This document shows positions 1 through 9,817 of a DNA stretch of 64,000 nucleotides, piece after piece. The translations under genes and the position numbers were made by a program. Source of the stretch: Lachnospiraceae bacterium (GTDB taxonomy: Bacteria; Bacillota; Clostridia; Lachnospirales; Lachnospiraceae); contig JAFXGP010000088.1 in NCBI GenBank assembly GCA_017521195.1, forward strand, positions 11,203 through 75,202, in the 5' to 3' direction. The notes beneath the pieces are model-generated. The model did not search any database. It saw nothing but the letters and a program-made list of their open reading frames with translations, and was not told the DNA's origin. Positions within the stretch are counted from its first letter, which is position 1. Each line of letters opens with the position of its first letter.

Positions 1-291
1 TATCAGAAGATGCATTACTTTCTGAATATGGGCTGTGCGGATTATAGGCGCAAGTTTCATAAAAGAATGCTTTTTATCATCCGGCAGAAAACCATATACT
101 TCGTCCGCGGAAACGTGAAGGAATTTCTTACCGTCTTTAAATGTTCCGTCAGGAAGTTTCCATTCTGCTTTTGCACAGTTAAGTCTTATAGCTGTACCAA
201 GTACGTCGGTCTGCACGAATACTTCTGGATTCTTAGTACTTCTGTCTGCATGGCTTTCTGCTGCAAAATGTACCACTCTGTCAATATGACT
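1..291 (-). pseudogene. rfbB: 5'-truncated, frameshifted remnant of dTDP-glucose 4,6-dehydratase (RfbB/RmlB-like); runs off the window start
   Basis: Not in the ORF track. Minus-strand translation reads SHIDRVVHFAAESHADRSTKNPEVFVQTDVLGT...KKFLHVSADEVYGFLPDD. After a frame change near an A5 run (T5 at 71..75 on the plus strand) it reads FFYETCAYNPHSPYSESNASSD and runs off position 1. This matches the central RfbB motifs (HFAAESHVDRS, STDEVYG, PYSxSKA). An in-frame TAA at 292..294 removes the ~75-aa Rossmann N-terminus, there is no start codon, there is one frameshift, and there are T->A and YxxxK Lys->Asn substitutions. Confidence 0.6.
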
Positions 292-315
292 TTATTTCCT
301 ATTATCTATTTTTTC

Positions 316-1443
316 TCAAATTCCCATTATTGTTTTACTTCTACATTGCCTAACAATCTCACATATTTTATCAACTTCCGCTAATTCTAAGTCAGCATAT
401 AATGGAAGAGTTAATACTCTCTTACTCACATGCAAGGCAACCGGTGTTTCATAAACATTATAACGCCCTTTAAAACAATCAAATGAATTAGTTAAAGGAT
501 AAAAATATTTTCGCGCCCCAATCCCCTCTTTTGCCAAAGCTTCTTTCACTTCATTTCTACTACTTCCAAATATTTTTTCATCAAAAACTACTGGAAAATA
601 AGCATAATTACTCTTTACTCCTTTTTGAACAGGATTGAGTTGTATACCGTCCACACCTTCCAATTGTTCTCGATATCGTTCTACTACTTTTCTTCTTTTC
701 TCAATCTCATTATCAACATGTCTAAGATTACATAGCCCCATTGCCGCACAAAACTCATTCATCTTAGCATTTGCGCCTACACCATCTATAACTTCTTCAT
801 TTTTAATACCAAAATTTTTTAATTGATACATTGCTTTTCCAAAATCCAAATCATTAAAACAAACTGCACCGCCTTCAATACTATTAAAAACCTTTGTTGC
901 ATGAAAACTAAAACAACTTACATCTCCATATGTACCTATCCCTTTTCCATTATATATTTCACCAAACGTATGCGCCGCATCATAAATAACCTTTAAATTA
1001 TACTTATTTGCTAATCTCTGTATTTCCTCTATATTACAGATATTTCCATATACATGTACCGGAAGAATTGCAACAGTTTTATCTGTAATTAATTCTTCTA
1101 TTTTTGATACATCCATTGTAAATGTTATCGGATCAATATCGCAAAAAACAGGCTCCATTCCATTACGTACAATTGCATGTGTCGTTGATGCAAATGTGAA
1201 TGGTGTTGTAATCACCTCTCCTTTAGCAATCCCCAATGCTTGCAAAGAGAGTTCTATAGCCATATGTCCGTTAGTTAGCAAGTCGATATTACTTACTCCC
1301 AAATATCTTTTCAACTCTGTCTGTAATTGTTGGTGTTTTATTCCCATATTTGTTAGCCATCGACTCTCCCATATATCACGAATTTCATCCACATATTCTT
1401 CAAACTTAGGCATCGATGATTGTGTTACTAATACAGTTGACAT
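316..1443 (-). CDS. nucleotide-sugar aminotransferase, DegT/DnrJ/EryC1/StrS family (PLP-dependent)
   Basis: 375-aa ORF. Motifs TTPFTFASTTHAI, DAAHTFG and SFHATK (Schiff-base Lys). SD GAGG about 9 nt upstream of the ATG. Confidence 0.85.
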   Translation of the reverse strand: MSTVLVTQSSMPKFEEYVDEIRDIWESRWLTNMGIKHQQLQTELKRYLGVSNIDLLTNGHMAIELSLQALGIAKGEVITTPFTFASTTHAIVRNGMEPVFCDIDPITFTMDVSKIEELITDKTVAILPVHVYGNICNIEEIQRLANKYNLKVIYDAAHTFGEIYNGKGIGTYGDVSCFSFHATKVFNSIEGGAVCFNDLDFGKAMYQLKNFGIKNEEVIDGVGANAKMNEFCAAMGLCNLRHVDNEIEKRRKVVERYREQLEGVDGIQLNPVQKGVKSNYAYFPVVFDEKIFGSSRNEVKEALAKEGIGARKYFYPLTNSFDCFKGRYNVYETPVALHVSKRVLTLPLYADLELAEVDKICEIVRQCRSKTIMGI

Positions 1444-1472
1444 AATATTTACCTCTAAATAATAAATTATCT

Positions 1473-2549
1473 CTATTTAAAATATCTTAATAGCTTACCA
1501 AACGTAGATTCAAACATACTCTTTTTATTGCTTATTTTTTCATTTTTCCCACGAATATCATACAAATCAATAGTCGAACCAAATTCATAGAAATCTCTTA
1601 AATTAAATTTATAACAATCTACTAATAAATCATACACTTTAGGGACATCACATATTTCCAAAAAAAATGAATGTGCTACTTGTTTGCCAACTTCTTTCAT
1701 ATAATATTTATCATCATATAACAGAAAGAATTTTTCACACAACAATTCCTCATGTGTCTTTGCCTTATTATTTCGAAACTCCTTATTAAAAGCTTTGCAG
1801 AAAAAATCATCTTCCATATCTCGAAAATAATTCCTTAATATATATATCGATTCATTAATATCTCTAATCGAATTCTCCGCAATAGGAGCACTGGTATTTA
1901 TTAGTGTGTTTATATGTCGCCGATGTTTTACTAATGTCTCAGTAAAAATGTGTATCTCATATTTCTTAACTAGCTTTGTCCACAAATAAAAATCCGGTAA
2001 CTGCCGCATTCCCAAGTTATAAAATCCTATCTCCTCATATACCGATTTTCGTATGACAACGCTAGGATGACACAAGCAATTTCCATTCATAAAAAGGTAT
2101 TTAACCCATTCTTCTTTTGTTCGATTTTCCTTTCTAAAGGCATCGCAACACTTTTCTATAGTTCTTCCATTTTCATCAATTGTTTCTGCCCATGAAAAAA
2201 CTGCTCCACATTCTGGATGTGAATCTAAATAATCCACTCCCTTCTCTAAATGTTCTGGCATCCATACATCATCCGAATTGCATAATGCAAGATATCTCCC
2301 TTTACATTTTGAATAAATATATTTTGTATTAATATTAGCTCCTTGATTACTTGTAAATTGATTAATTACAAATCTATCATCTGCATATTTCTTTACAATT
2401 TCCATAGTATTATCTGTAGAAGCATCATCTGAAAAAATAACCTCATAATCATCAAATGTCTGATTCAAAACACTTTGAATAGCTTCTGCCACAAACTCCC
2501 CATGGTTATATGAAGGAAACATTATACTAACCTTTGGATTATTACTCAT
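1473..2549 (-). CDS. family-2 (GT-A) glycosyltransferase
   Basis: 358 aa. N-terminal signature VSIMFPSYNHGEFVAEAIQSVLNQTFDDYEVIFSDDASTDNT and acidic motif CNSDDVW. SD AGGAGA upstream. Confidence 0.85.
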   Translation of the reverse strand: MSNNPKVSIMFPSYNHGEFVAEAIQSVLNQTFDDYEVIFSDDASTDNTMEIVKKYADDRFVINQFTSNQGANINTKYIYSKCKGRYLALCNSDDVWMPEHLEKGVDYLDSHPECGAVFSWAETIDENGRTIEKCCDAFRKENRTKEEWVKYLFMNGNCLCHPSVVIRKSVYEEIGFYNLGMRQLPDFYLWTKLVKKYEIHIFTETLVKHRRHINTLINTSAPIAENSIRDINESIYILRNYFRDMEDDFFCKAFNKEFRNNKAKTHEELLCEKFFLLYDDKYYMKEVGKQVAHSFFLEICDVPKVYDLLVDCYKFNLRDFYEFGSTIDLYDIRGKNEKISNKKSMFESTFGKLLRYFK

Positions 2550-2559
2550 TCTTTTTCTC

Positions 2560-4350
2560 CTAACCTATTTTACTCACAATTTTATTTACTAAATATGGAG
2601 GTATTAATGCTTTAATTATATACACTAAAATCGGTGGTGTAAAACTATATAATTTGGATAAAACAGTTCTCATACTTATTCTCCCTTTCAGCGCTAGTTC
2701 TAAACGCTTTTGATGCGCTTGAAAACCTTCGTGGAATTCATATTCAGTAAATTTATCATACACATCAATAACGCTTATTAAATCCTTTAATTGATTTTTG
2801 TGATTCATTCCACTCCACACTCCTTTATCATGTATACGATATGTACTCATTACGTCAGTTAAACAACCTATGCTTCCCATTCGCGATAAAACTATATGTG
2901 TCAACCAATCATAGCAAGGTATTGTAAACATCGCTTCCGGCAAATTCTGAATACATGATTTTCTATACATGCAAGTTGAAAAGTTTCCAATTAAATTATC
3001 ATAAGCCAAATCATGACCTGTATAAATTATATTTTCTTGTTTTTCCATTTCAGGAGTTATTCTGGGTTGTACATGAGTGGTACCCTTATCAAAATTTGTA
3101 ACATTATAACGATTAAATACCATTGAGCACTCAACATGTTCATCCATGAAATCAACCATTTTTTGCAATTTATATTCATCTGTCCAAAAATCATCTCCTT
3201 CAAGAATTGCTATATACTGTGCTTCACATTCAGCAAATGCCCTTCGATAATTATTCATAATGCCAAGATTTCGCGAATTATCTAAAAATACAAACTCTAA
3301 TTTTGTATTTAAACTTAATTCTTTAATAAATTTCTGAGTATTATCTGTTGATGAATCATCTGCTACAATTATATTGAATTTAAAATTTGTTTTTTGCATA
3401 ATTATAGATTCAATTGCTTGCTTTATATATTTTTCATGATTATATGTTATTAATATAACATTTACTCTATTTTTATCTGTTTCTAAATTTCTTTTCACAG
3501 GCATCTTAAATATCTTTTCGCCTACTCCTATTAATCTAGTATTCCGGATTTTTTTCTGTTCTTCTTTTATTCTAGCCAAAAACTCTTTATATTCACATGA
3601 ATTATTATTTGCAAGAAAATCTATTTCTCCTTTTAAATCATTGGTTTTACTTACATATATGTATACCTTTGTCTTATCTTCTCCATTCAAATCAAAGTCA
3701 TGCTTAAGCACATTATCTATATAATACTGATTTATATAGTCAAAAAAGAATTTCCAACCTTCATCATTCGCTGCCAAACTTTCTAAATACATCATTTCAT
3801 GCATTAATTCACTGTCAGAACCATATATACATACATATTTCTTTTCATCTATTCCTTCATTTTCTAACATTTTTAATACTTCTTCAACTCGTGGAAGTTC
3901 TATATCTAAATGTTCACCTAACCACTCTGGTGGTTCTAATCCCATTTGCCTATAATATATTTCCAGCATCCTTTCATCCCATTCAACTCGCTGTTTTCCT
4001 ATTGGAAACGAAATTAAAACACCTTTTCGCGAAACTCTGACTAAATTTTTAATAACATCATTTCTACTATCTACTGGAACATGTTCCAAAACATCCAGTC
4101 CAATAGAAAAATCAAATGAATTATTTTCATATTCTAATTTAGAGGCATCTCCCTTTACGCAATGTACACCATCTACTAATTCTTCCGGCATATTTAAATC
4201 TAAAAAAGTTATTTCATCTTGAGGAAATACATCTAATAAATTAAAATGGCAACCGGAACCAATTTCCAGTATTCTATTTTTTTCTTTCCCCTTAACTCTA
4301 TCTATACATTTTTTTACTATATAGTATCTTGAAGCTTGATGAAAAATCAT
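2560..4350 (-). CDS. bifunctional SAM-dependent methyltransferase / GT2 glycosyltransferase (WsaE/WbdD-like candidate chain terminator)
   Basis: 596 aa. The N-terminal class-I methyltransferase pattern is ILEIGSGCHFN...FDFSIGLDVLEHV. The C-terminal GT2 pattern is VNVILITYNHEKYIKQAIESIIMQKTNFKFNIIVADDSSTDNT plus LEGDDFW. SD GGAGA 9 nt upstream. Confidence 0.8.
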   Translation of the reverse strand: MIFHQASRYYIVKKCIDRVKGKEKNRILEIGSGCHFNLLDVFPQDEITFLDLNMPEELVDGVHCVKGDASKLEYENNSFDFSIGLDVLEHVPVDSRNDVIKNLVRVSRKGVLISFPIGKQRVEWDERMLEIYYRQMGLEPPEWLGEHLDIELPRVEEVLKMLENEGIDEKKYVCIYGSDSELMHEMMYLESLAANDEGWKFFFDYINQYYIDNVLKHDFDLNGEDKTKVYIYVSKTNDLKGEIDFLANNNSCEYKEFLARIKEEQKKIRNTRLIGVGEKIFKMPVKRNLETDKNRVNVILITYNHEKYIKQAIESIIMQKTNFKFNIIVADDSSTDNTQKFIKELSLNTKLEFVFLDNSRNLGIMNNYRRAFAECEAQYIAILEGDDFWTDEYKLQKMVDFMDEHVECSMVFNRYNVTNFDKGTTHVQPRITPEMEKQENIIYTGHDLAYDNLIGNFSTCMYRKSCIQNLPEAMFTIPCYDWLTHIVLSRMGSIGCLTDVMSTYRIHDKGVWSGMNHKNQLKDLISVIDVYDKFTEYEFHEGFQAHQKRLELALKGRISMRTVLSKLYSFTPPILVYIIKALIPPYLVNKIVSKIG

Positions 4351-4490
4351 ATAATTTATCTCCTGTCATTACTATTTTATTTAACATTTGACCAAAATGC
4401 CCATTTTTCTAACACTTCTCCTTCTTTGTGGAAAATAACATGGCTTCTTTTTAGTCAAAAAGTCACTATTATTATAATTAACACTTTAAA

Positions 4491-5801
4491 CTAATCTACA
4501 TATTTTCGTACTTTAACCTCATTTGGCAATTGTAATGTATTCCATATTCTATATGGTTTTGCTTGCTCTACATCAAAATAATATCCATCTTTTGTAATAT
4601 CTACAAAAGATGAGGTTAAATTTATATGTTCCACACTAGACAACACTGTCATTATGTTATATCTTCCTTCACGCAAAGGTACTCTAAATTTAAATTCTAC
4701 AATCAACTTATCTCCCTTGTTTCCTGCAAATTCTTCAATACCTTCATAAGTTGTATTCGTTCCTAACACAGGAATATTTTTTTCATCTCTTATATGATAG
4801 CCAATACATACGTTACACTTCTCACAAAAAATAATATACATCTTTAATATGCATTCCTGGTTGAATTCTGCTTGTATTATTTCTTTTTTTTGTAGGTTTA
4901 AAAGTTTTAGACCTACAACTTTTGCTAGCCCGTTTCCTTCTCTTGAATTTTCTATTCTATCACAATATACTTTATCTTCTATAAACATTTCTGTTGTACT
5001 TTTTAAATCATCAACTGATTTTCCATCTTTTTTCCCCTCCTCATCAACTTTTTCAGTCGCTGCAGACATAACTTTTCTAACTTTTGTTTCATACATATCT
5101 GCAATTTCTTTTACATTACCCTGTGCAACTATCTCTCCATTCTCTAAATAAATAGCTCTTGTACACAAACTCTTCACCGAACCAATATCATGCGAAACTA
5201 AAAAAACTGTTTTTCCCTTTTTAAATAATTCCTGCATCTTTGACATTGATTTTAATTGGAAATATGCATCCCCTACCGCTAATGCTTCATCAACAATCAA
5301 TATATCTGGTTCTATACTGACTGCTATTGAATATGCCAATCGAACATACATTCCACTGGAATATGTCCTGACCGGTTGATAAATATATTCCCCTATATCT
5401 GCAAATTCAACAATTTCCTGTAATTTTTCATCCATCTCCTTACGCGAAAAACCCATAAGCATACCATTAAAATAAATATTTTCAATCCCTGTATATTCAG
5501 GATTAAAACCTGCCCCCAATTCCAATAACGAAGAAATTTTACCATTTACCTCCACACTTCCATTAGTAGGTTGTAATACACCCGTTATTATTTTTAGCAA
5601 CGTGGATTTTCCACTTCCATTTACGCCTATAATACCCACGATTTCGCCTTCTTGAACCTCTAAACTAATATCTTTTAACGCATACTTATCCTTACCATAC
5701 ACTTTACGTCCATTACTAATAATTTCTTTAAAACGTTCTGATGAATCATTATAGATTCTATATATTTTAGATACATTTTTTACCACAACACTCTTTTTCA
5801 T
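4491..5801 (-). CDS. polysaccharide/teichoic-acid ABC exporter ATP-binding protein (Wzt/TagH-like) with C-terminal extension
   Basis: 436 aa. Walker A GVNGSGKST, signature YSSGMYVRLAYS, Walker B ILIVDEALAVGD. About 190 residues follow the NBD (GLKLLNLQKKEI...EFKFRVPLREGRYNIMTVLS), consistent with a Wzt-type glycan-cap-binding beta-sandwich. Confidence 0.85.
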   Translation of the reverse strand: MKKSVVVKNVSKIYRIYNDSSERFKEIISNGRKVYGKDKYALKDISLEVQEGEIVGIIGVNGSGKSTLLKIITGVLQPTNGSVEVNGKISSLLELGAGFNPEYTGIENIYFNGMLMGFSRKEMDEKLQEIVEFADIGEYIYQPVRTYSSGMYVRLAYSIAVSIEPDILIVDEALAVGDAYFQLKSMSKMQELFKKGKTVFLVSHDIGSVKSLCTRAIYLENGEIVAQGNVKEIADMYETKVRKVMSAATEKVDEEGKKDGKSVDDLKSTTEMFIEDKVYCDRIENSREGNGLAKVVGLKLLNLQKKEIIQAEFNQECILKMYIIFCEKCNVCIGYHIRDEKNIPVLGTNTTYEGIEEFAGNKGDKLIVEFKFRVPLREGRYNIMTVLSSVEHINLTSSFVDITKDGYYFDVEQAKPYRIWNTLQLPNEVKVRKYVD

Positions 5802-5833
5802 ACTTAATTTTTAATCCTCTTATCTTCCTATAT

Positions 5834-6619
5834 TTATAATAGATCAGCTAAATGTGGAACCATTTTCTTATATAATTTCATACAAGCAAACCAAAGAGCA
5901 ACAACTACTCCCCAAAAAAACACTGTATACAATATAGAACTCCTGTACTCACCACCATAAACAAGTGCATCCCTAAACCCATTAATAATATAATACATTG
6001 GATTAATCTTAAATATCCATTTGATACTTTCTGGAACAACATCAATATTCCAAACAATTGGAGTTGCCCACATTGCCGCATTAAGAACAATGGAAACTAT
6101 CTGAGGAAAATCTTTCAAAAAAACACAAATTGTAGATAACGCAAATGTAAGTGGAAGAACTAACATTACTAATGCCCCAAAATAATATAATACCCACATT
6201 GTGTATGTTCCTTGAAATACTCCATATCCTATCGTTACTGCAATACATACCAAAAGAAAAAATGAATGGACAAAAAGACATACTAAGGTTTTAGATAAAG
6301 GTATTATATCAATATCAAAAACTATTTTTTTTACTATGTAATTATATTCAAACATACAGTTACTCGAGTTATTTATGATATCCGAAAACATCAACCAAGG
6401 CATAAGCCCAGAAATAAACCATGGCAAAAAAGGGATTCCCTCAACGCTACCATTTTTCAAACCAAATTCAAAAACTAACCAATATATCAAAACCATAACA
6501 ATAGTTTGAATATATGCCCAAACTCCCCCTAACAATGATCCTGCATATCTCTTCTTAAAATCATTTATTGAGAATTCAATACATTTTACTATAAAGTCCT
6601 TATTAATTTTTTTTAACAT
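5834..6619 (-). CDS. ABC-2 type polysaccharide exporter permease (Wzm/TagG-like)
   Basis: 261 aa with about six hydrophobic helices. It lies immediately upstream of the Wzt-like ATPase in the same orientation. Confidence 0.8.
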   Translation of the reverse strand: MLKKINKDFIVKCIEFSINDFKKRYAGSLLGGVWAYIQTIVMVLIYWLVFEFGLKNGSVEGIPFLPWFISGLMPWLMFSDIINNSSNCMFEYNYIVKKIVFDIDIIPLSKTLVCLFVHSFFLLVCIAVTIGYGVFQGTYTMWVLYYFGALVMLVLPLTFALSTICVFLKDFPQIVSIVLNAAMWATPIVWNIDVVPESIKWIFKINPMYYIINGFRDALVYGGEYRSSILYTVFFWGVVVALWFACMKLYKKMVPHLADLL

Positions 6620-6692
6620 TGTTTATATTTCTCCTATTATTTTATTTGTCTTTTTTATCATCTATAGCCAAAACTTTTCACCATGTCATGTT

Positions 6693-7673
6693 TTAGTTGT
6701 TTTTATAAATAATATTATATATCCATATCTTTATTTGAGCTTTTAATACAAATATTTTTTTTGTTTGATAAATACCTTTATCTTTATATTGGGTATTTCG
6801 GCGTATTTCGTCAATATTATATATATATTTACAATTGAATTTTTCACTCGTATCCAATTCCCATATCATACAGGGATCTATATTTTTCCTTTTTATATTT
6901 ACTCCACTGCCATCAAATCCATGATTGCACACTTTAGATACCTTAGGAGCCACAAAACATTTCCCCTCACATATCGCATAAATAGATCGAAGTGTATCAC
7001 ACCATAATGGTCGATTCCCTTCTCCCCAAAATATATTTTCTTTTCCCCACAGAACTCCTTCTCCAAATTGCTGAAAACATATTTTACTTGTCTTATATAA
7101 TAACTTCATCTTATTTTTATCTTTTGGAATGTACTTTTTAAAATATTCTGCCTCTATTTTTTCTAATTTTCTCTCTTTTTCACGCCACATACCTAATCCA
7201 TATGCAGGACACCACTGTTGAAACACAATTGTGTCTTCCTTATCTTTCCAAGGTCCGTCTTCTTGAATACCACAAATATTTAAAACATTTTCATCATGTT
7301 CAAACATCTTTAAACACTTATTCATATACTCTAAAAAACTATATGCAAACTCATTATCATCTTCTGATAATATATATCGATCAAACTTTCTAAAAATTAT
7401 TTTTTTCAAAAACTCTGAATTCCCATTCACCCCCAAATTCTTTTCTTGAATAAAAATATGAACTTTTTTAAATCCATCAATTTCCTTTTTAAGGTACTCC
7501 CTTACACATAAATACCCTCTTTGATATGAATCATTCGGTGGAAAATCAACAGATATATATACTTCTGTCTCTTCTGCATACTTACATTTTTTCAAAGATT
7601 CAACACACCTACGCAAATGCTCATATCTATTTAGTGTAATTATTGCAACTGGTGCAAAAACAATATTATCCAT
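6693..7673 (-). CDS. GT-A fold glycosyltransferase (GT2-like); paralog of 20947..22002
   Basis: 326 aa. Motifs IITLNRYEHLRRCVESLKKC, VYISVDFPPNDSYQRGY and a DxD-like SEDDNEF. SD GAGGGGGA upstream. It shares an extended motif set with the protein at 20947..22002. Confidence 0.65.
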   Translation of the reverse strand: MDNIVFAPVAIITLNRYEHLRRCVESLKKCKYAEETEVYISVDFPPNDSYQRGYLCVREYLKKEIDGFKKVHIFIQEKNLGVNGNSEFLKKIIFRKFDRYILSEDDNEFAYSFLEYMNKCLKMFEHDENVLNICGIQEDGPWKDKEDTIVFQQWCPAYGLGMWREKERKLEKIEAEYFKKYIPKDKNKMKLLYKTSKICFQQFGEGVLWGKENIFWGEGNRPLWCDTLRSIYAICEGKCFVAPKVSKVCNHGFDGSGVNIKRKNIDPCMIWELDTSEKFNCKYIYNIDEIRRNTQYKDKGIYQTKKIFVLKAQIKIWIYNIIYKNN

Positions 7674-7813
7674 ACTAACTTCCCCCTCAAGAAAACATTC
7701 TAAACAAGCAACTTGCCCATCTTTTATTTTCTATATCATATTTTTCAAAAAATGTTAAATAAAGGGGATAATAACCAACACGCTCTTTCCATATAATGTT
7801 TTCTCACTTATCT

Positions 7814-8563
7814 TTACTTAAACTGCCCCAACACTCTTAACGTCCTAAAACCCGTAATCCAAAACGCAAAAGCGATCCCATTTATCTTAAGCGCCTTATA
7901 CCCTTCTTTAAAAGATTCAATATAACTCATTAATCCAACAGTACTGGTTCCGCCATAAAACATTTCTATTACCGTTTCCGGTAAATAAGCAAGTTTATTT
8001 GCCTTATCTTTCAAAAAGCGAACCATAAATTCATAATCTGCTGCTATTTTAAAATCAGTCCTATACAAGCCATATTTCTCATAAATCTCTCTTTTTAAAA
8101 ACATCGTTGGATGTCCCGGCATCCACCCCTGATAGATATTTCCTTCACCCATGTGCCATTTACGGATCACTTTATCACCATCTACATACACTAAATCCGC
8201 ATGTGCTCCCACATACTCTTCCCCTGTATCAGGATTGATAGTCTCCATCTTTTTTATCATTTTACTAATCACATCTGGTGCCGCAAAAACATCGTTAAAG
8301 CATACAATAACATCGCCGCTACTTAATTCGTATCCCTGATTCATAGCATCATAGATACCTTTATCTGGTTTAGACACCGATATTATCGACAATTCACTCT
8401 TCTCTTGATATTCGCGAATGATATCTAATGTTCCATCCGTAGAGCCACCATCTTTTATGACCACTTCAATATTAGGATAATCTTGTATCTCAATACTGCT
8501 TAACGTTTTTTCCAAATTATCTTTGCTATTGTATGTAGTTAAAATCAAAGAAACTTTTTTCAT
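7814..8563 (-). CDS. family-2 glycosyltransferase
   Basis: 249 aa. Signature VSLILTTYNSKDNLEKTLSSIEIQDYPNIEVVIKDGGSTDGTLDII. Confidence 0.85.
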   Translation of the reverse strand: MKKVSLILTTYNSKDNLEKTLSSIEIQDYPNIEVVIKDGGSTDGTLDIIREYQEKSELSIISVSKPDKGIYDAMNQGYELSSGDVIVCFNDVFAAPDVISKMIKKMETINPDTGEEYVGAHADLVYVDGDKVIRKWHMGEGNIYQGWMPGHPTMFLKREIYEKYGLYRTDFKIAADYEFMVRFLKDKANKLAYLPETVIEMFYGGTSTVGLMSYIESFKEGYKALKINGIAFAFWITGFRTLRVLGQFK

Positions 8564-8566
8564 TTT

Positions 8567-8923
8567 TTATGGTTCCTCTTCTAACTCTCTGATACGCTTT
8601 TCCATCTTAGATATGGTTTGTGTCAAGTTTTTAATTTTTTGTGCCTGCTTTGATACGATGGATGTAATGGACATTAAAATCATCATTAAAAATGCTATGC
8701 ATAGTATGAACAATCCGTTCATATTATCTGTGATTCCAAGCAAATGAATAAACCAGGTCAAAGTATAGGGCCAGATTACCATAATTCCTAACACTGCACC
8801 TGCTGCCATCCAAAGCAATGTATATTTTAATTCCAGTTCTTTCTTTTTTAAGAACATAAACAGCATAACAAAGTAAGCTATTACTCCTATAGTCAAAACA
8901 ACTTTTAATGTGGAAGGTAACAT
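8567..8923 (-). CDS. small membrane protein, DUF2304-like (usual partner of GtrB-type polyprenyl-phosphate glycosyltransferases)
   Basis: The track ORF starts at a TTG (8950). The ATG at 8923 has SD AGAGGA 8 nt upstream. There are hydrophobic helices, an LKYTLLWM motif and a C-terminal coiled-coil tail KIKNLTQTISKMEKRIRELEEE. It lies directly downstream of the GtrB-like gene. Confidence 0.55.
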   Translation of the reverse strand: MLPSTLKVVLTIGVIAYFVMLFMFLKKKELELKYTLLWMAAGAVLGIMVIWPYTLTWFIHLLGITDNMNGLFILCIAFLMMILMSITSIVSKQAQKIKNLTQTISKMEKRIRELEEEP

Positions 8924-8962
8924 ATTTTTGTCCTCTTCTATATTTCTCAAACTATTTTTCAG

Positions 8963-9709
8963 TTAGTGGGGTTTCTTCTTATAAAAAGATGGATCTCTTC
9001 TAACACCAAAACTGATTCTACATACAATAATTGCCAAAGTAACTTTTATCATATAGTAAATGGATTTCATAAAATTGATAGAACTTGTCCCTTTTTCACG
9101 ATCACGCATAACCACAGGACATTCTTTCACAACTCCTCCATGCATCACTGCTGATACAATGGCCTCCGGTTCCGGATAATCCATAGGATAATTAACAGAA
9201 TAAATATCAATAAATCTCTTGTTAACTGCTCTGAATCCGCTGGTAACATCTTTTACTTTACAACCGGTACACAACCATATCATAAAGCTCAGAATCTTAA
9301 TCCCCGTTCTTCGTGTAGCAGACGACTGGAAACCTTCTTTTTCAATAAAACGAGAACCAATCACAACATCCGCTTCCCCACTTTCCAGATATGGCAACAT
9401 TTTTTCAAGATATGCAATATCATGCTGTCCGTCTCCATCAATCTGTACTGCAATCTCATAACCTTTATCCTGAGCATACTTATAGCCTGTCTGAACAGCT
9501 CCGCCAATTCCCAAATTGATAGAAAGATTCAGGTACTGGTATCCTCTCTTTCTGCACACATTACGCGTTTCATCACTGGAACCATCATTTACCACGATAT
9601 AATCGTACTGTGGAAAATTCTCTATAATATTATCTACAACCCGTTCTATATTCTCTGCCTCATTGTACGCTGGAATAATCAGTAATACTTTGTTCATATA
9701 TTTATCCAA
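8963..9709 (-). CDS. polyprenyl-phosphate glycosyltransferase (GT2, GtrB/CsbB/DPM1-like)
   Basis: Signature LLIIPAYNEAENIERVVDNIIENFPQYDYIVVNDGSSDET, motif QIDGDGQHD, and a C-terminal hydrophobic helix. The track start at 9709 is a TTG; an ATG at 9697 (MNKVLLIIPAYNE) is an equally plausible start. Confidence 0.8.
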   Translation of the reverse strand: MDKYMNKVLLIIPAYNEAENIERVVDNIIENFPQYDYIVVNDGSSDETRNVCRKRGYQYLNLSINLGIGGAVQTGYKYAQDKGYEIAVQIDGDGQHDIAYLEKMLPYLESGEADVVIGSRFIEKEGFQSSATRRTGIKILSFMIWLCTGCKVKDVTSGFRAVNKRFIDIYSVNYPMDYPEPEAIVSAVMHGGVVKECPVVMRDREKGTSSINFMKSIYYMIKVTLAIIVCRISFGVRRDPSFYKKKPH

Positions 9710-9754
9710 TGTCCTTATTTATACACAACAACCCTATGTTACAATATTATTAGT

Positions 9755-9783
9755 AGTATATCATTTTTATCTTGCCTTGTCGA
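9755..9783 (-). promoter_or_regulatory. sigma-A type promoter candidate for the GtrB-like operon
   Basis: On the minus strand: TCGACA (9783..9778), a 17-nt spacer ending in TGa, then TATACT (9760..9755). This gives an extended -10 about 45-55 nt upstream of the start codon and just downstream of the 9818..9884 hairpin. Confidence 0.45.
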
Positions 9784-9817
9784 TAGTGCAGGAAACTTAT
9801 GTAAATTTACTTTAGTA

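Noticed and set aside
10-384. 124-aa plus-strand ORF at the window start
   Set aside because: It is antisense to the rfbB remnant and to the 3' end of the aminotransferase gene. The translation is Cys/Phe-rich with no motif, whereas the opposite strand gives clear RfbB motifs. It is a shadow ORF.
4351-4490. Mini-ORFs in intergenic gaps: MGILVKC at 4351..4490, and a 15-aa MERACWLLSPLFNIF in 7674..7813, considered as leader peptides
   Set aside because: They are very short, have poor or distant SDs and no attenuator-like structures nearby. They are most likely chance ORFs.
5905-6281. Short out-of-frame minus-strand ORFs nested in real genes. Examples are 5905..6090, 6081..6281, 10292..10489, 17677..17919, 22033..22260, 26912..27181, 28759..28956, 38606..38806, 53017..53205, 56913..57191, 60475..60699, 60703..60894 and 61000..61188.
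   Set aside because: They sit in alternative frames of well-supported CDS and have no independent SD or motif support.
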